A stretch of DNA of 39,137 nucleotides, from positions 1 through 39,137 of the IMG/VR virus record IMGVR_UViG_3300033406_000017; one strand, 5' to 3'. The notes under the pieces are model-generated. The model worked only from the letters and a program-made list of their open reading frames with translations. It was not told where the DNA came from and did not search any database. The DNA is from a virus (Duplodnaviria; Caudoviricetes). Positions 1 through 8,623 of this stretch are shown here, in pieces (position 1 is the first letter of the stretch; every line of letters begins with the position of its first letter). Made by a program: the position numbers and the translations under genes.

Positions 1-69
1 CTGTTCCCAGTTCAGTACGTACCGTCCCTGGGCCGTATTCAACCAGCGATCGAGGCCGGGAATTGACAT
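1..69 (-). CDS. Host class I SAM-dependent methyltransferase (YafS-like), N-terminal 23 codons; runs off the left edge
   Basis: Reverse strand reads MSIPGLDRWLNTAQGRYVLNWEQ from ATG at 69 with AGGAG upstream; resembles the W-x-x-T-x-x-G-x-Y-x-L-x-W-E N-terminus of YafS proteins, which are normally divergent from gloB. Confidence 0.7.
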   Translation of the reverse strand, partial: MSIPGLDRWLNTAQGRYVLNWEQ

Positions 70-91
70 CCGCTGCTCCTGGCTCGATAGT
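63..91 (+). promoter_or_regulatory. Host sigma70 promoter for the gloB-like gene (probably leaderless)
   Basis: TTGACA (63-68), 17 nt, GATAGT (86-91); ATG at 98. Confidence 0.5.
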
Positions 92-97
92 TCCGGC

Positions 98-126
98 ATG
101 TTTACGATCTCACTCATTCCCGCGTT
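98..126 (+). pseudogene. gloB: 5' fragment of host hydroxyacylglutathione hydrolase, interrupted by the prophage (attL region)
   Basis: MFTISLIPA matches the GloB start (M-x-x-I-x-x-I-P-A-F-x-D-N-Y-I-W); similarity stops after IPA; divergent from the yafS-like gene as in the conserved gloB/yafS locus. Confidence 0.6.
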
Positions 127-165
127 AGTTTGTAGAAGACTTGTAGCACAAGGCTTTCAGGCGTC

Positions 166-201
166 GTTCAATATCCAGTTCAATAACTAGTTCAATAACT
201 C
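166..201 (+). repeat. Three tandem 12-bp repeats, putative integrase arm-type sites (P'1-3-like)
   Basis: GTTCAATATCCA / GTTCAATAACTA / GTTCAATAACTC directly after the int stop codon, the position of the P' arm in lambda. Confidence 0.6.
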
Positions 202-202
202 G

Positions 203-1324
203 CTATGCTGAAGCTGGCATTTTAACCTCTGACCATCCGGCTCGCGGGTCGCTGTAAATCTTTGCAGTTTTCTCGTCGTCGTGACCGAGTAGCATCAGCG
301 TGTCAATCCCATTTTCCGTATGCAGTGCCTTCGATAGTGCGCGGATTTCATGGAATGTCGGCGGTGTTCCTTCTTCGAACTTTGTCAAATGCTTACGAAC
401 AAGCGCTGTAAATCCTCGGCTAATCGTGACGCTGAGTAGCGCATCACCTGGCGAGCTTCTACCAGTGCTTTCCGTTTGATGTACGATGGTTTTTGCCCCC
501 ACGATCTTGCGGCTTTCCTTAATCACATCGCCAAGTTTGTAGCCGAGCAGAGAAATGGCAAGCGGAATCTTGATCCGTTCGCCGGTCTTGATCTGCTGTA
601 CCCACAGGAAACCGCCGCTAACATTCGCGTATTCAAGTGCTGCTATATCGCTCACTCGCTGTCCGGTGATAATCGCCAGAAGCATGGCAATCCTCTGCCA
701 TCCGTTCGAACGATCAAGAACAGTCTTGAAGTGTTCCAGGCTAAGCCGGTTGCGTTTTGTTTCTGGCGCATTGGCTTTGATGATTTCTGCGGGGTTGGTT
801 CCTCTAGGAATCCAGCCTGCAGATTCGGCCTCATTGAAACAATCCACCAGATACGAGCGGACATTGACAGCCTGCCGGTCGTGTCCTGCATCCCGATACT
901 TCTGGATCAGCGCGAAACAGTCCTTCGTCGTGACCTTAATAATCAGATCATCTTTGAAGTGATCGCGCAGCACTGAAATCATCTGGCCGTCTTTCATCTT
1001 GGTAGATTCTGCACGCTCCTTGCCGCCTTTCTTCTTGCTCTTCCGTTTCGATAGCAGATCAGCGAATACATCCAACCAGGCAGACATCGTATTTACGTCA
1101 GCCCCATCAATGCGATCAACCAGAGTTGCCTTATTGGTCAAGGTTGAGAGAATCTTGAGGTTTGCCTCTCTAGCCTGCATTGCTGCATGCTGGAACGAGT
1201 AACCAAGCCCGAACTCTTTACCTGACTGTGGATGCTTCCATGTGTAGTACATGCCGCCTGCTTTCGGCCTTCCGATCAAGTAGTCAGGCCAGTGCCGGCG
1301 GTCATGTTTGCGTGGCCTGTTCAT
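203..1324 (-). CDS. int: Lambda-type tyrosine integrase
   Basis: N-terminal arm-binding domain (YYTWKHPQSGKEFGLG); catalytic motifs GQRVSDI, QIKTG, FHEIR, LLGH and Tyr in KIYSD. Confidence 0.95.
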   Translation of the reverse strand: MNRPRKHDRRHWPDYLIGRPKAGGMYYTWKHPQSGKEFGLGYSFQHAAMQAREANLKILSTLTNKATLVDRIDGADVNTMSAWLDVFADLLSKRKSKKKGGKERAESTKMKDGQMISVLRDHFKDDLIIKVTTKDCFALIQKYRDAGHDRQAVNVRSYLVDCFNEAESAGWIPRGTNPAEIIKANAPETKRNRLSLEHFKTVLDRSNGWQRIAMLLAIITGQRVSDIAALEYANVSGGFLWVQQIKTGERIKIPLAISLLGYKLGDVIKESRKIVGAKTIVHQTESTGRSSPGDALLSVTISRGFTALVRKHLTKFEEGTPPTFHEIRALSKALHTENGIDTLMLLGHDDEKTAKIYSDPRAGWSEVKMPASA

Positions 1325-1326
1325 GG

Positions 1327-1557
1327 CTATATCCTTTCGGCTAAACGAAGAGTCCTATTTTCGCGCGTCAGGTCGGGTCGTTTCGGTGCTTCCATCTTGT
1401 CTGCGATGTACTTTGCTGAAGACTCAACATAGTAAGCGCGACCGATAAAAACAGGCATGGGCGAAATGCGCCCAGCTTTAACCCAGTTAGACAGGGTATT
1501 CCTGCAAGGGGCAGGGCTAAAGTTCAGCCGGCCCCATTCCTTGAGTTGTATTTTCAT
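1327..1557 (-). CDS. xis: Excisionase (lambda Xis-like)
   Basis: LKEWG...PAPCRNTLSNWVKAGRISPMPVFIGRAYYVE pattern; directly upstream of int. Confidence 0.85.
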   Translation of the reverse strand: MKIQLKEWGRLNFSPAPCRNTLSNWVKAGRISPMPVFIGRAYYVESSAKYIADKMEAPKRPDLTRENRTLRLAERI

Positions 1558-1569
1558 GTTTTCTCCATG

Positions 1570-1595
1570 AAAAAGGCCGACTATTTGAGCCGGCC
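1570..1595 (-). terminator. Intrinsic terminator-like hairpin upstream of xis
   Basis: GGCCG/CGGCC stem followed by a U5 tract on the - strand. Confidence 0.45.
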
Positions 1596-1613
1596 GGTTT
1601 GTTTGCCTTGCGA

Positions 1614-1808
1614 CTAAAGATAAAGGCGGACGCGACGACCAAGGTTTCCACCATCGCGCACAATAAGGTTCTCAACGGTTGTTTCAAAAACGTCAGGAAC
1701 CAAGCCACCATGCCCATCCTCAAGGAGGCATCCCGTGCAGGTTACTTCGATGTCGCCTTCTTTAACATGTACTGCACGCAGGTCTTCTATCAGCTCGCTT
1801 ATCTTCAT
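1614..1808 (-). CDS. Hypothetical phage protein
   Basis: 64-aa ORF in early operon orientation. Confidence 0.6.
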   Translation of the reverse strand: MKISELIEDLRAVHVKEGDIEVTCTGCLLEDGHGGLVPDVFETTVENLIVRDGGNLGRRVRLYL

Positions 1809-1856
1809 TTTTTGCCAACCTTTTCCTTTTACTTGTCCAGATGCAATAAGGGCCGC

Positions 1857-1958
1857 TTACTTGCGGCCCCATGTTGCGAGAGTGATGATTGATTCCCATA
1901 GTCTGAAGAGTCGCCATCGGTGGGCTGGCGTCCAGAATAGGCGGCGGTTATCGGTCAT
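1857..1958 (-). CDS. Small hypothetical protein (33 aa)
   Basis: MTDNRRLFWTPAHRWRLFRLWESIITLATWGRK; ATGA overlap with upstream gene; not in the ORF track. Confidence 0.4.
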   Translation of the reverse strand: MTDNRRLFWTPAHRWRLFRLWESIITLATWGRK

Positions 1959-2275
1959 TGGCTGCTCCTTACGCGGATGGCGGCGGAATCATTGGCGACA
2001 TCTTCGTAATCGTCATACTGAACTCCAGGGTTTGACCCGAAATACGAATAGCCTTCCATCTCGCGAGTGTTAGCCTTGCACGCCTCAATAATCGCCGGCT
2101 TCATGGCCTCGCGCTCGGCTGCCGCTACCAATTCGGCGAATCGCTCAAGCTCGACAAGGCACGTCGAACCGATAGGATCAACGAAACGCATCTGTTCATC
2201 GCCGGATGCAAGGTCTGTGTATCCTGTGCGGAATCCAGCATCGCGTGCCATTCTGATGATGTCTTCGCGGGTCAT
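1955..2275 (-). CDS. Hypothetical phage protein (MTREDIIRMAR type)
   Basis: Paralogous N-terminus and LERFA-LVAAAERE motif shared with the adjacent ORF. Confidence 0.75.
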   Translation of the reverse strand: MTREDIIRMARDAGFRTGYTDLASGDEQMRFVDPIGSTCLVELERFAELVAAAEREAMKPAIIEACKANTREMEGYSYFGSNPGVQYDDYEDVANDSAAIRVRSSQ

Positions 2276-2571
2276 TTCACGCCACTTGCTCTGATTTCCG
2301 CTGCGATATAACCGGCCTCCCTTGCACGGGCAAACATACGGTCACGGCTTTCTCTATCCTCCGGGTGTTGGCGGCCGATCTTTTCCGCTTCTTTTGAAGC
2401 GTTGTCTGCCACCTTCGCGCATTCTTCGCGCTCGGCAGCAGCAACAAGGGCGGCGAAGCGCTCAAGCCCTCGTGGCGGAATCCAACCGACCATGATCCCC
2501 TCGCCGATGTTTGCGGCCTCAACAGCCAACCCAGCCTCGCGCGCCATACGGATAACGTCTTCCTTGGTCAT
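2272..2571 (-). CDS. Hypothetical phage protein (MTKEDVIRMAR type)
   Basis: Paralogue of 1955-2275; GGAGG SD; coupled stop/start with the downstream gene. Confidence 0.75.
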   Translation of the reverse strand: MTKEDVIRMAREAGLAVEAANIGEGIMVGWIPPRGLERFAALVAAAEREECAKVADNASKEAEKIGRQHPEDRESRDRMFARAREAGYIAAEIRASGVK

Positions 2572-2607
2572 GCAGCCTCCTTGATAGGATTGATTGAGAA
2601 GTACAGC

Positions 2608-2784
2608 TTATGTAGCTGTCAGTCGCCTCCAACTCGACACCGCTCCGAAGAGCGTGATGGCAGAAGCGATAAACGGCGCAACAGCACCGGGATTCCCGTC
2701 AATGGCGAATACGACCCCAGCGGTCAGCGTCACGCCAGAGCAAAAGGCTTGGGTGCCGAACAATACGAGTAGCGATTGCATCAT
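2608..2784 (-). CDS. Small two-helix membrane protein
   Basis: MMQSLLVLFGTQAFCSGVTLTAGVVFAIDGNPGAVAPFIASAITLFGAVSSWRRLTAT; AAGGAGG SD; not in the ORF track. Confidence 0.55.
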   Translation of the reverse strand: MMQSLLVLFGTQAFCSGVTLTAGVVFAIDGNPGAVAPFIASAITLFGAVSSWRRLTAT

Positions 2785-2824
2785 TCCTCCTTCTCAGTCG
2801 CCGGCTCGGCGGCGGGTTTGGTTT

Positions 2825-2998
2825 TCATTGCCAAATTGCACATAGCGTCCCAACAAACACAAGAAAAATCCCGACGAATCCTGTTGTCAGAACGATTGCC
2901 TTGAACCATGATGGAGGATCGCTTCCTTTCAATACAGCAGGCAAAAGCAGCAGAAATGAAAGCACAAGTCCTGAAAAAGCAATTTTAAAACCCATCAT
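2825..2998 (-). CDS. Small two-helix membrane protein
   Basis: MMGFKIAFSGLVLSFLLLLPAVLKGSDPPSWFKAIVLTTGFVGIFLVFVGTLCAIWQ; AAGGAG SD; TAATG coupling. Confidence 0.6.
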   Translation of the reverse strand: MMGFKIAFSGLVLSFLLLLPAVLKGSDPPSWFKAIVLTTGFVGIFLVFVGTLCAIWQ

Positions 2999-3267
2999 TA
3001 CTCCTTCTCAGTCATGGCCAGATCGACTCCAGCCCTTGAAACATCAACCAGGCGCAGAACAGATACACCTACATCCCAAGGCGGCGTCGTTCCGCGCAGC
3101 ATCGCATAGACCCACTCGCGTGTAGTGTTGGCAGCCAAGGCAATCTGCATCTTGGCGTATCCGCTTCGCACCAGTTCGTTGATCATTGCCGGCCAGTCAG
3201 GCTCCGTTACTTCGCGATGCACTCGCGGTGCCGTCTTGGTCTTTCGAGCGTATGCGCCGCGTTTCAT
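2998..3267 (-). CDS. Small HTH-like DNA-binding protein
   Basis: DW..MINELVRSGYAKMQIALAANTTREWVYAMLRGTTP resembles an XRE-type HTH. Confidence 0.6.
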   Translation of the reverse strand: MKRGAYARKTKTAPRVHREVTEPDWPAMINELVRSGYAKMQIALAANTTREWVYAMLRGTTPPWDVGVSVLRLVDVSRAGVDLAMTEKE

Positions 3268-3449
3268 CCTGCCCTCGCGACTTTGTCCAGCGAGTCATGA
3301 TGGCGGGCTTCCTCTTCGCCTTCCGGTTCAACCGGAGCGTGGGAAGGCTTTCCGAATATCCGGTCGAAGTTTTGATCGAACAGCCGCTGAGATTCAGAAT
3401 CGCCTAGCTTTGTGCGGATGGCGTCTCCGGTGATTGCGTTGTGGCTCAT
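3264..3449 (-). CDS. Hypothetical phage protein
   Basis: NAITGDAIRTK...FDQNFDRIFGK; coupled at both ends. Confidence 0.65.
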   Translation of the reverse strand: MSHNAITGDAIRTKLGDSESQRLFDQNFDRIFGKPSHAPVEPEGEEEARHHDSLDKVARAG

Positions 3450-3940
3450 GCTGCACAGCCAGTCTTGGGGGCGGCGATTGCCGAGTCAAAACCACGACAC
3501 AGTTTCTCGCGGTTAATCTGGTCAGAAAGCTGCTCGGATTTGAAAGTTATGGTCATGCTATTGAACGAGCCGTCTTTGTTGTTGCGGATGTCGGCGGCAG
3601 ACCAATGTAGTTCGATGAACCTCCAGCGCTCTGCATCAGCCATTGCGCCGTCGCGCTGCTTCGTGAGTTCGGCAATGCGTTTCCCACCATCATCGAACAC
3701 CTGTTCGTAATACTCCTTAATCGTGGAGGCGCTCGCCTCCAACTCGGCGATGCGGTCGCGCAGCGGCTTGGCTGCGGCGAGGATTGCGTCGGCGGTGTAG
3801 AGGTCGCAAATGATGTCTTCTTCGCTCGCCATCTTGTATTTGAAGATGGCTGCTGGATACATTAACTGCTCGCCTTCATCGTCCTTTACGACGTGCGCCA
3901 CCGGCTCACCAGCCGCCGCAATGATTTGTTCGTCAGTCAT
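3446..3940 (-). CDS. Mosaic early protein (coiled coil, DAERWR motif)
   Basis: EPVA, RIAELE and DAERWRF segments typical of lambdoid Ea-region mosaic proteins. Confidence 0.7.
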   Translation of the reverse strand: MTDEQIIAAAGEPVAHVVKDDEGEQLMYPAAIFKYKMASEEDIICDLYTADAILAAAKPLRDRIAELEASASTIKEYYEQVFDDGGKRIAELTKQRDGAMADAERWRFIELHWSAADIRNNKDGSFNSMTITFKSEQLSDQINREKLCRGFDSAIAAPKTGCAA

Positions 3941-4538
3941 GATTCAAATCCTCCAGCGTCACGCCGGGAAGGGCTCGGATTGATTCGGCGTATAGGCGTC
4001 CGGAAAGCTTGTTGTGCCCACCACCGCACCTTGTGGAACACCGCTCCCGCATCACCTCCCCAGCCTTGGCGATCAGTTCGTTGAGTGCTGTGGCGTCGGG
4101 TGGAGCAGCAAGTGTTTCTTTGCTAAAGGCTAGGCAAGATTCAGCAGACTCTCGCTGATCTGCATCCCATTCCCATTCTTTGCAATGCAGTGCGCCTTCA
4201 ACCCAGAAGTTTTGGTTACGCAAAGCCTCACGCCACTGTGCTTCGCGCGCCTGACTCTCGGCTAGTTGCGCCTTGTAGTCTTGCGGGATTGGTTGGGCTT
4301 TGTATAAATAAATGTATCCGTCTTCTGGGCTGTATGCATCATCAACCATATGCTCCCAACGCTCCCCCAATGCTGGGAGAAGGGCATTTACGTTGGCGAA
4401 TACGCCAACCGGCTCACTATTCGGCAGCGCGTCGAGGAAGCGTTTGATGACAATCAGTTCGAACTCTCCGCTTCGGTCTGGATTTATTCCTTTCGCAACC
4501 TTCAGAGCAATTTCTTTCAGTTCATGTGTGAGTTTCAT
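3933..4538 (-). CDS. Mosaic early protein
   Basis: 201-aa ORF coupled to both neighbours. Confidence 0.7.
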   Translation of the reverse strand: MKLTHELKEIALKVAKGINPDRSGEFELIVIKRFLDALPNSEPVGVFANVNALLPALGERWEHMVDDAYSPEDGYIYLYKAQPIPQDYKAQLAESQAREAQWREALRNQNFWVEGALHCKEWEWDADQRESAESCLAFSKETLAAPPDATALNELIAKAGEVMRERCSTRCGGGHNKLSGRLYAESIRALPGVTLEDLNHD

Positions 4539-4759
4539 TTCCCTTGCTCCTGAATTGCGGCGTCGATAGTTGCATCAAGTAAATGCAGATATTGGTATCC
4601 GATGTTTTCCCAGTCTGCTGGCTCAGCAACATCACGCAACCACCGATACCGCTCAGCATCCTTCTCCGCTTTCTCCAGTCGCTCGATTAGTTCGAGGACG
4701 GCATCTGGATCAGTAACCTTGGCCTGTGCAGCAGCTTTCAGCTTTTCAATGTCGATCAT
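4535..4759 (-). CDS. Ead/Ea22-like protein
   Basis: MIDIEKLKAAAQA...DPDAVLELIERLE...DAERYRWLR; start moved to ATG 4759 (GGAG SD). Confidence 0.65.
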   Translation of the reverse strand: MIDIEKLKAAAQAKVTDPDAVLELIERLEKAEKDAERYRWLRDVAEPADWENIGYQYLHLLDATIDAAIQEQGK

Positions 4760-4850
4760 TCCAACTCCAAATAAAAATGCCACGCGCCAATTCCCGATTA
4801 AGCGCCATGCCGAAATAGATTTAAGGATGTGTAGTGCGCGTGGCGTGAAA

Positions 4851-5429
4851 TCATTTACCAATCGGGTAGTATTCGCGCGGCCATTTTTTGGCTTCGCAGC
4901 GGATCAGCTTGTTTTCAACCAATTCTCGAAGTGGTTTTGCGTAACAGCCTACGTGATGGCCCAAATCCGCAGCGACTAGCGCCTGTGTGTTTGCGCCGTT
5001 ATTAACCGATTCCAATACTTTCTTGATTGAATCAGTCATCACGAATCGTTTGTTTCCGAATCGATACGGAATCCTGCCGCGCTTGAAGTATTTCTTCGGC
5101 GTGGATTGGTGATCGACCGTAATTCGCTCTTCTGCTTCCAGTTGGCGAACATATACACAAACCGTTGCATGAGACAGGCCGGTTTTCTTGGCGATAATCA
5201 TCTGCGTATTCGCGCCGGCATGAATCGCCTCAATGACTCGCTCAAGGTTTTCCAGCTTTATATCGTGGCTGGTTTTCTTCTTCGGTTTCGGAGGTTTTGG
5301 AGCCTTCTTGACCGCTGGTTTCGGTTCATCCTTGAGAAACACAGGATCGATCTTGAAGTTTCGGATGGTCCGCAATGTTCCTGGTGGCGGATTTAGTTGG
5401 CTCAGGCCTAGGGAGATTAGTAGGCTCAT
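4851..5429 (-). CDS. Protein with two winged-HTH-like repeats
   Basis: GANTQMIIAKKTGLSHATVCVYVRQLEAEERI and GANTQALVAADLG...LRELVENKLI. Confidence 0.65.
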   Translation of the reverse strand: MSLLISLGLSQLNPPPGTLRTIRNFKIDPVFLKDEPKPAVKKAPKPPKPKKKTSHDIKLENLERVIEAIHAGANTQMIIAKKTGLSHATVCVYVRQLEAEERITVDHQSTPKKYFKRGRIPYRFGNKRFVMTDSIKKVLESVNNGANTQALVAADLGHHVGCYAKPLRELVENKLIRCEAKKWPREYYPIGK

Positions 5430-5698
5430 AGTTGGGCGATAACTTTTACTGGGTTCCGTGATTCATGCATCTGGATCGCACGGTCAATAGCGTCTCTTGC
5501 TTCCTTTAAGTCTTGGGAAGCATTACCTTTGCCGCGAATTCCAGAGCAAAGCAGTTTCTTGATAGCGTGCTGCCTTGCTGGGCAATGAACGTCAAATGCT
5601 TCTAGTACGGCATAGACATCAATCTTGCCGCCGACCGCGCAGATAACGTCGCGTAGGTACTTAGAGCCACTTTCGTTGAACTTCGGATCGATGCTCAT
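5426..5698 (-). CDS. Conserved phage protein (DUF3310-like)
   Basis: IDVYAVLEAFDV-CPARQHAIKKLLCSG-RGK...QDLKEA; start moved to ATG 5698. Confidence 0.65.
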   Translation of the reverse strand: MSIDPKFNESGSKYLRDVICAVGGKIDVYAVLEAFDVHCPARQHAIKKLLCSGIRGKGNASQDLKEARDAIDRAIQMHESRNPVKVIAQL

Positions 5699-6084
5699 GC
5701 TGCACCGCCAGTCTTGTTGGCGGTGATGTCCGGCAAAGCTTGGAGTGGCATCCAATGGCATTTCCAAGTATTGAACCATTTTTGAGTAACGCCATGACCT
5801 GTTGTAAAACTTCCGCCAGTGTGATGACCGTAATAGATTTTCCCGCCTCCGCAGAACAGCACCTTTTCTCCGATTTGAGGTAGATACATGGATTGCGTCT
5901 TGTCATTCGGGTCTATCCATCGGTCGGCGGCTGCAGATGCGAGAGCATCGCGCTGCTTCGTGAGTTCGGCGTTTTGCTGGCGGAGCTTTTTGACCTCTGC
6001 GGTCAAATCGTCGCCTGCCTGCATGATTTCGGCCAGCATCATGTTTTTGCCGGTGCAGGCCCATTTATCAAGAGCGTCGATCAT
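5695..6084 (-). CDS. DUF551-like early protein
   Basis: RWI...LP..GEKVL...HWMPL..LP C-terminal module; start moved to ATG 6084. Confidence 0.65.
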   Translation of the reverse strand: MIDALDKWACTGKNMMLAEIMQAGDDLTAEVKKLRQQNAELTKQRDALASAAADRWIDPNDKTQSMYLPQIGEKVLFCGGGKIYYGHHTGGSFTTGHGVTQKWFNTWKCHWMPLQALPDITANKTGGAA

Positions 6085-6275
6085 GCTTCCTCCACAAACG
6101 TAGTAACCACATTGATGAACTGCACCAGATCGCAAGCGTTCGATCCTGCCGGCCGGCGCACATAAAGAGGCGCAGCCGGGAAGTCCAACGAGCGCGGCGA
6201 TTCATGCCGGGTACAGTTGCGTTTGCTCGGGCAGTCGTTTGATGTGCGTTCGCACTGGATATGGTTGGTGTTCAT
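6081..6275 (-). CDS. Small Cys-rich phage protein
   Basis: C-x5-CP-x3-C-x-R motif; coupled to downstream gene. Confidence 0.55.
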   Translation of the reverse strand: MNTNHIQCERTSNDCPSKRNCTRHESPRSLDFPAAPLYVRRPAGSNACDLVQFINVVTTFVEEA

Positions 6276-6287
6276 GTTGATTCCATG

Positions 6288-6316
6288 AAAAACGCCCGGT
6301 GGTTAGTCGGGCGTTT
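6288..6316 (-). terminator. Intrinsic terminator downstream of ssb
   Basis: AAACGCCCG / CGGGCGTTT stem with U tract on the - strand. Confidence 0.65.
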
Positions 6317-6342
6317 GGTTACTCATTGGTGCTTTGAAAATC

Positions 6343-6780
6343 TCAGAACGGTATATCGTCGCCTAGGTCGTCAAACGATGGCTTCGGCTTGTTTCGCTCC
6401 GGCGGCGGCGAAGAGTCTTTCGGCTCGTTATCGCTGCCAGAAGCATTGCGCCCGCCAAGCATCTGCATGGCGTCTCCACGGATTTCTGTGGTGTATTTCT
6501 CAACGCCGTCCTTGTCCGTCCATTTGCGGGTCCGCAGACTGCCTTCGACGTAAATCTGCGAGCCTTTCTTCAGGTACTGGCCACAGACTTCGGCGGTCTT
6601 GCCGAAGAAGGAAACGCGGTGCCATTCGGTGTTTTCCTTGCGCTCCCCGGTGGCCTTATCCTTCCAGTTGTCGGTCGTGGCGATGCTGAGATTGCAAATA
6701 GCGTCTCCGCTGGCCGAGTAACGAATTTCAGGGTCGCGGCCAATGTTGCCGACGAGGATTACTTTATTAACGCTAGCCAT
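6343..6780 (-). CDS. ssb: Single-stranded DNA-binding protein
   Basis: [21 protein letters not shown]...TEWHRV...DDIPF. Confidence 0.98.
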   Translation of the reverse strand: MASVNKVILVGNIGRDPEIRYSASGDAICNLSIATTDNWKDKATGERKENTEWHRVSFFGKTAEVCGQYLKKGSQIYVEGSLRTRKWTDKDGVEKYTTEIRGDAMQMLGGRNASGSDNEPKDSSPPPERNKPKPSFDDLGDDIPF

Positions 6781-7526
6781 TACGCAGCCTTTCTTAGTGC
6801 CATATTCATGGCGTGTGTTTGATCAAATTCAGCGATAACGCTCTTGAAATATTCGCGGGCTACTTTGACCTTTTCGAAAATCGCCGCTTCTTTCTCAAGG
6901 TCGCGTTTGACTGTCCAAGTGGTGACGCGCATATGCTCGGGGATATGTGAAACGTAGTGCAATTCCATATTGTCAAAGCCAATCAGCCGGTCAGGCGTAT
7001 CAACAAGGCAATAATTCACTTCCCACTCTTCGGCATCCCATAGCGCCATATATCCGCGCATCTGCCATTCATACAGCTTGTCTTCACAGTCGGTTACAAG
7101 AATCGGGAATGTCTGAATAGACCATGAAGACTTGATGTCATGCCCTCGCTTGATATGGCTATCAAACAGGTCGCATTCGCCAGTAATGAAATCATTTGAC
7201 CGGCGTTCTGTGTTCTTCTTCAAAGACAAACCGCGAACCCGATTCAGCAACTGAATAGACTCTTCTTCAACTTCGATTCCCTTTTCAATCGCCTTGCTGG
7301 AAATCTGGAAATCGACGCCGAAAATCTCCTGTGCTGCGAGTTCTCGGATGTACGTCTTTGCGCCAACTGACAATGTCTTGTTTTTAAGATCAGTTATCAG
7401 AGCCTTTTCTTCGTCTGTTCGCTTCTTGCTATCTATGATCTTTTTAATTTCTGGCGTGATTAAATCATCGTCAATACTGACGGCATCAGCCATCAGCTTA
7501 CCTATAGATGAGCAACGAAATTTCAT
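6780..7526 (-). CDS. YqaJ/lambda-exonuclease-like PD-(D/E)XK nuclease
   Basis: [33 protein letters not shown] motifs; sits between recombinase and ssb. Confidence 0.8.
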   Translation of the reverse strand: MKFRCSSIGKLMADAVSIDDDLITPEIKKIIDSKKRTDEEKALITDLKNKTLSVGAKTYIRELAAQEIFGVDFQISSKAIEKGIEVEEESIQLLNRVRGLSLKKNTERRSNDFITGECDLFDSHIKRGHDIKSSWSIQTFPILVTDCEDKLYEWQMRGYMALWDAEEWEVNYCLVDTPDRLIGFDNMELHYVSHIPEHMRVTTWTVKRDLEKEAAIFEKVKVAREYFKSVIAEFDQTHAMNMALRKAA

Positions 7527-8137
7527 GCTTGGCCTGCCGTTTCAGTTGAAAGCAACGTTTTCATTTTGTCTTTCGCTGCAATAATCGCTTTCATTGCATC
7601 GCGGTCTTTTGCCTCGGAAGCCATTTTGTAACGCTGCTCATAGCGCATCTTTACTTCGGCGAGGCTTGTACTGGATAGGATGTAATCAACCGAACCAACC
7701 GTATCGAATTCCTCCTGCTGATACCGGCTTTCCTCGTCTTCTCCCGTCTCGATGTTGAAGAGTTTCAGGATGGCGTACTTTGTGGCGTAGCTCATGGCCT
7801 TGCCTGGTGCCTTGTCGCCGTTGTCCAAAGCGTGCGCGTTCTGCTGCGTAACGATCCGGTCTGTCGGTTCGTCGATATTGACGAACTCGATTTGATAGGT
7901 CGCTTCGTACAGGCGCTGCTTAGCTTCTGGCTCTTTCTGGTTGAAAGTCGCAGAAAGAACCGATGGAACAATCACAACGCCATGTTCGATTAGCGCAGCG
8001 CGAACCATCCCGGTTACAGCGTCATGCGTTACCGCCTTGTACGATCCGCCCGCTCCAGCCGAAACGTTCTTGTCTTTCTGCACGTAGCCAATCGCCTTGC
8101 GAACTGCGTTGATACGTTGATAAATATTCAGTGCCAT
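7523..8137 (-). CDS. ERF-family single-strand annealing recombinase
   Basis: DNGDKAPGKAMSYATKYAILKLFNIETGED signature. Confidence 0.85.
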   Translation of the reverse strand: MALNIYQRINAVRKAIGYVQKDKNVSAGAGGSYKAVTHDAVTGMVRAALIEHGVVIVPSVLSATFNQKEPEAKQRLYEATYQIEFVNIDEPTDRIVTQQNAHALDNGDKAPGKAMSYATKYAILKLFNIETGEDEESRYQQEEFDTVGSVDYILSSTSLAEVKMRYEQRYKMASEAKDRDAMKAIIAAKDKMKTLLSTETAGQA

Positions 8138-8250
8138 TTTTGTTTCTCCTTAGCCATTTCCCGCAGTTCATCCATCACAAACCTGCATGCCAGTTCTGTA
8201 TTGACATAAACGCTGTGACGGACGCGCTCTAGTTCGGCGGTGATGTTCAT
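8128..8250 (-). CDS. Small hypothetical protein (40 aa)
   Basis: MNITAELERVRHSVYVNTELACRFVMDELREMAKEKQKWH fills the gap; ATGA overlap. Confidence 0.45.
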   Translation of the reverse strand: MNITAELERVRHSVYVNTELACRFVMDELREMAKEKQKWH

Positions 8251-8441
8251 GCGACTTGCCTCAACTCGACTCCACCGGATGGAGCGTCAAGAAGTTCGTA
8301 AATCTCGTCGGCGAACTTGCGGGCCTCTTCCTTTGAGATGACCGTCGATCCACTGGCCGGGTACTGGCAGAAGCTAACTAACACTTCGCCCGAGTTGGAA
8401 AACTGCGCGTTGATGTATCCGTTTGATTGAGTATTGATCAT
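8247..8441 (-). CDS. Hypothetical phage protein
   Basis: 64-aa coupled ORF. Confidence 0.6.
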   Translation of the reverse strand: MINTQSNGYINAQFSNSGEVLVSFCQYPASGSTVISKEEARKFADEIYELLDAPSGGVELRQVA

Positions 8442-8623
8442 GGGTATCTCCTGCAGAGTTGTTTCGCCGCAACTTCCTTGGCGACTTCTTCCTGATAATC
8501 AACATCGCTGACGAACGCATAGACGATCAGGAAAGCTAGGATGTAAAGCGTGGTCTTCAGAGCTTCGTTGATTGGCTTTCGACCTAGGCGAGCTTGGCGA
8601 ATGCGGCATGCGTGATCGGTCAT
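8438..8623 (-). CDS. Small single-TM protein
   Basis: TLYILAFLIVYAFVS hydrophobic segment followed by DVDY. Confidence 0.65.
   Translation of the reverse strand: MTDHACRIRQARLGRKPINEALKTTLYILAFLIVYAFVSDVDYQEEVAKEVAAKQLCRRYP

Noticed and set aside
1-130. tRNA, tmRNA or 6S RNA as the integration target
   Set aside because: No cloverleaf or T-arm/CCA end; the region reads as two divergent host CDS starts
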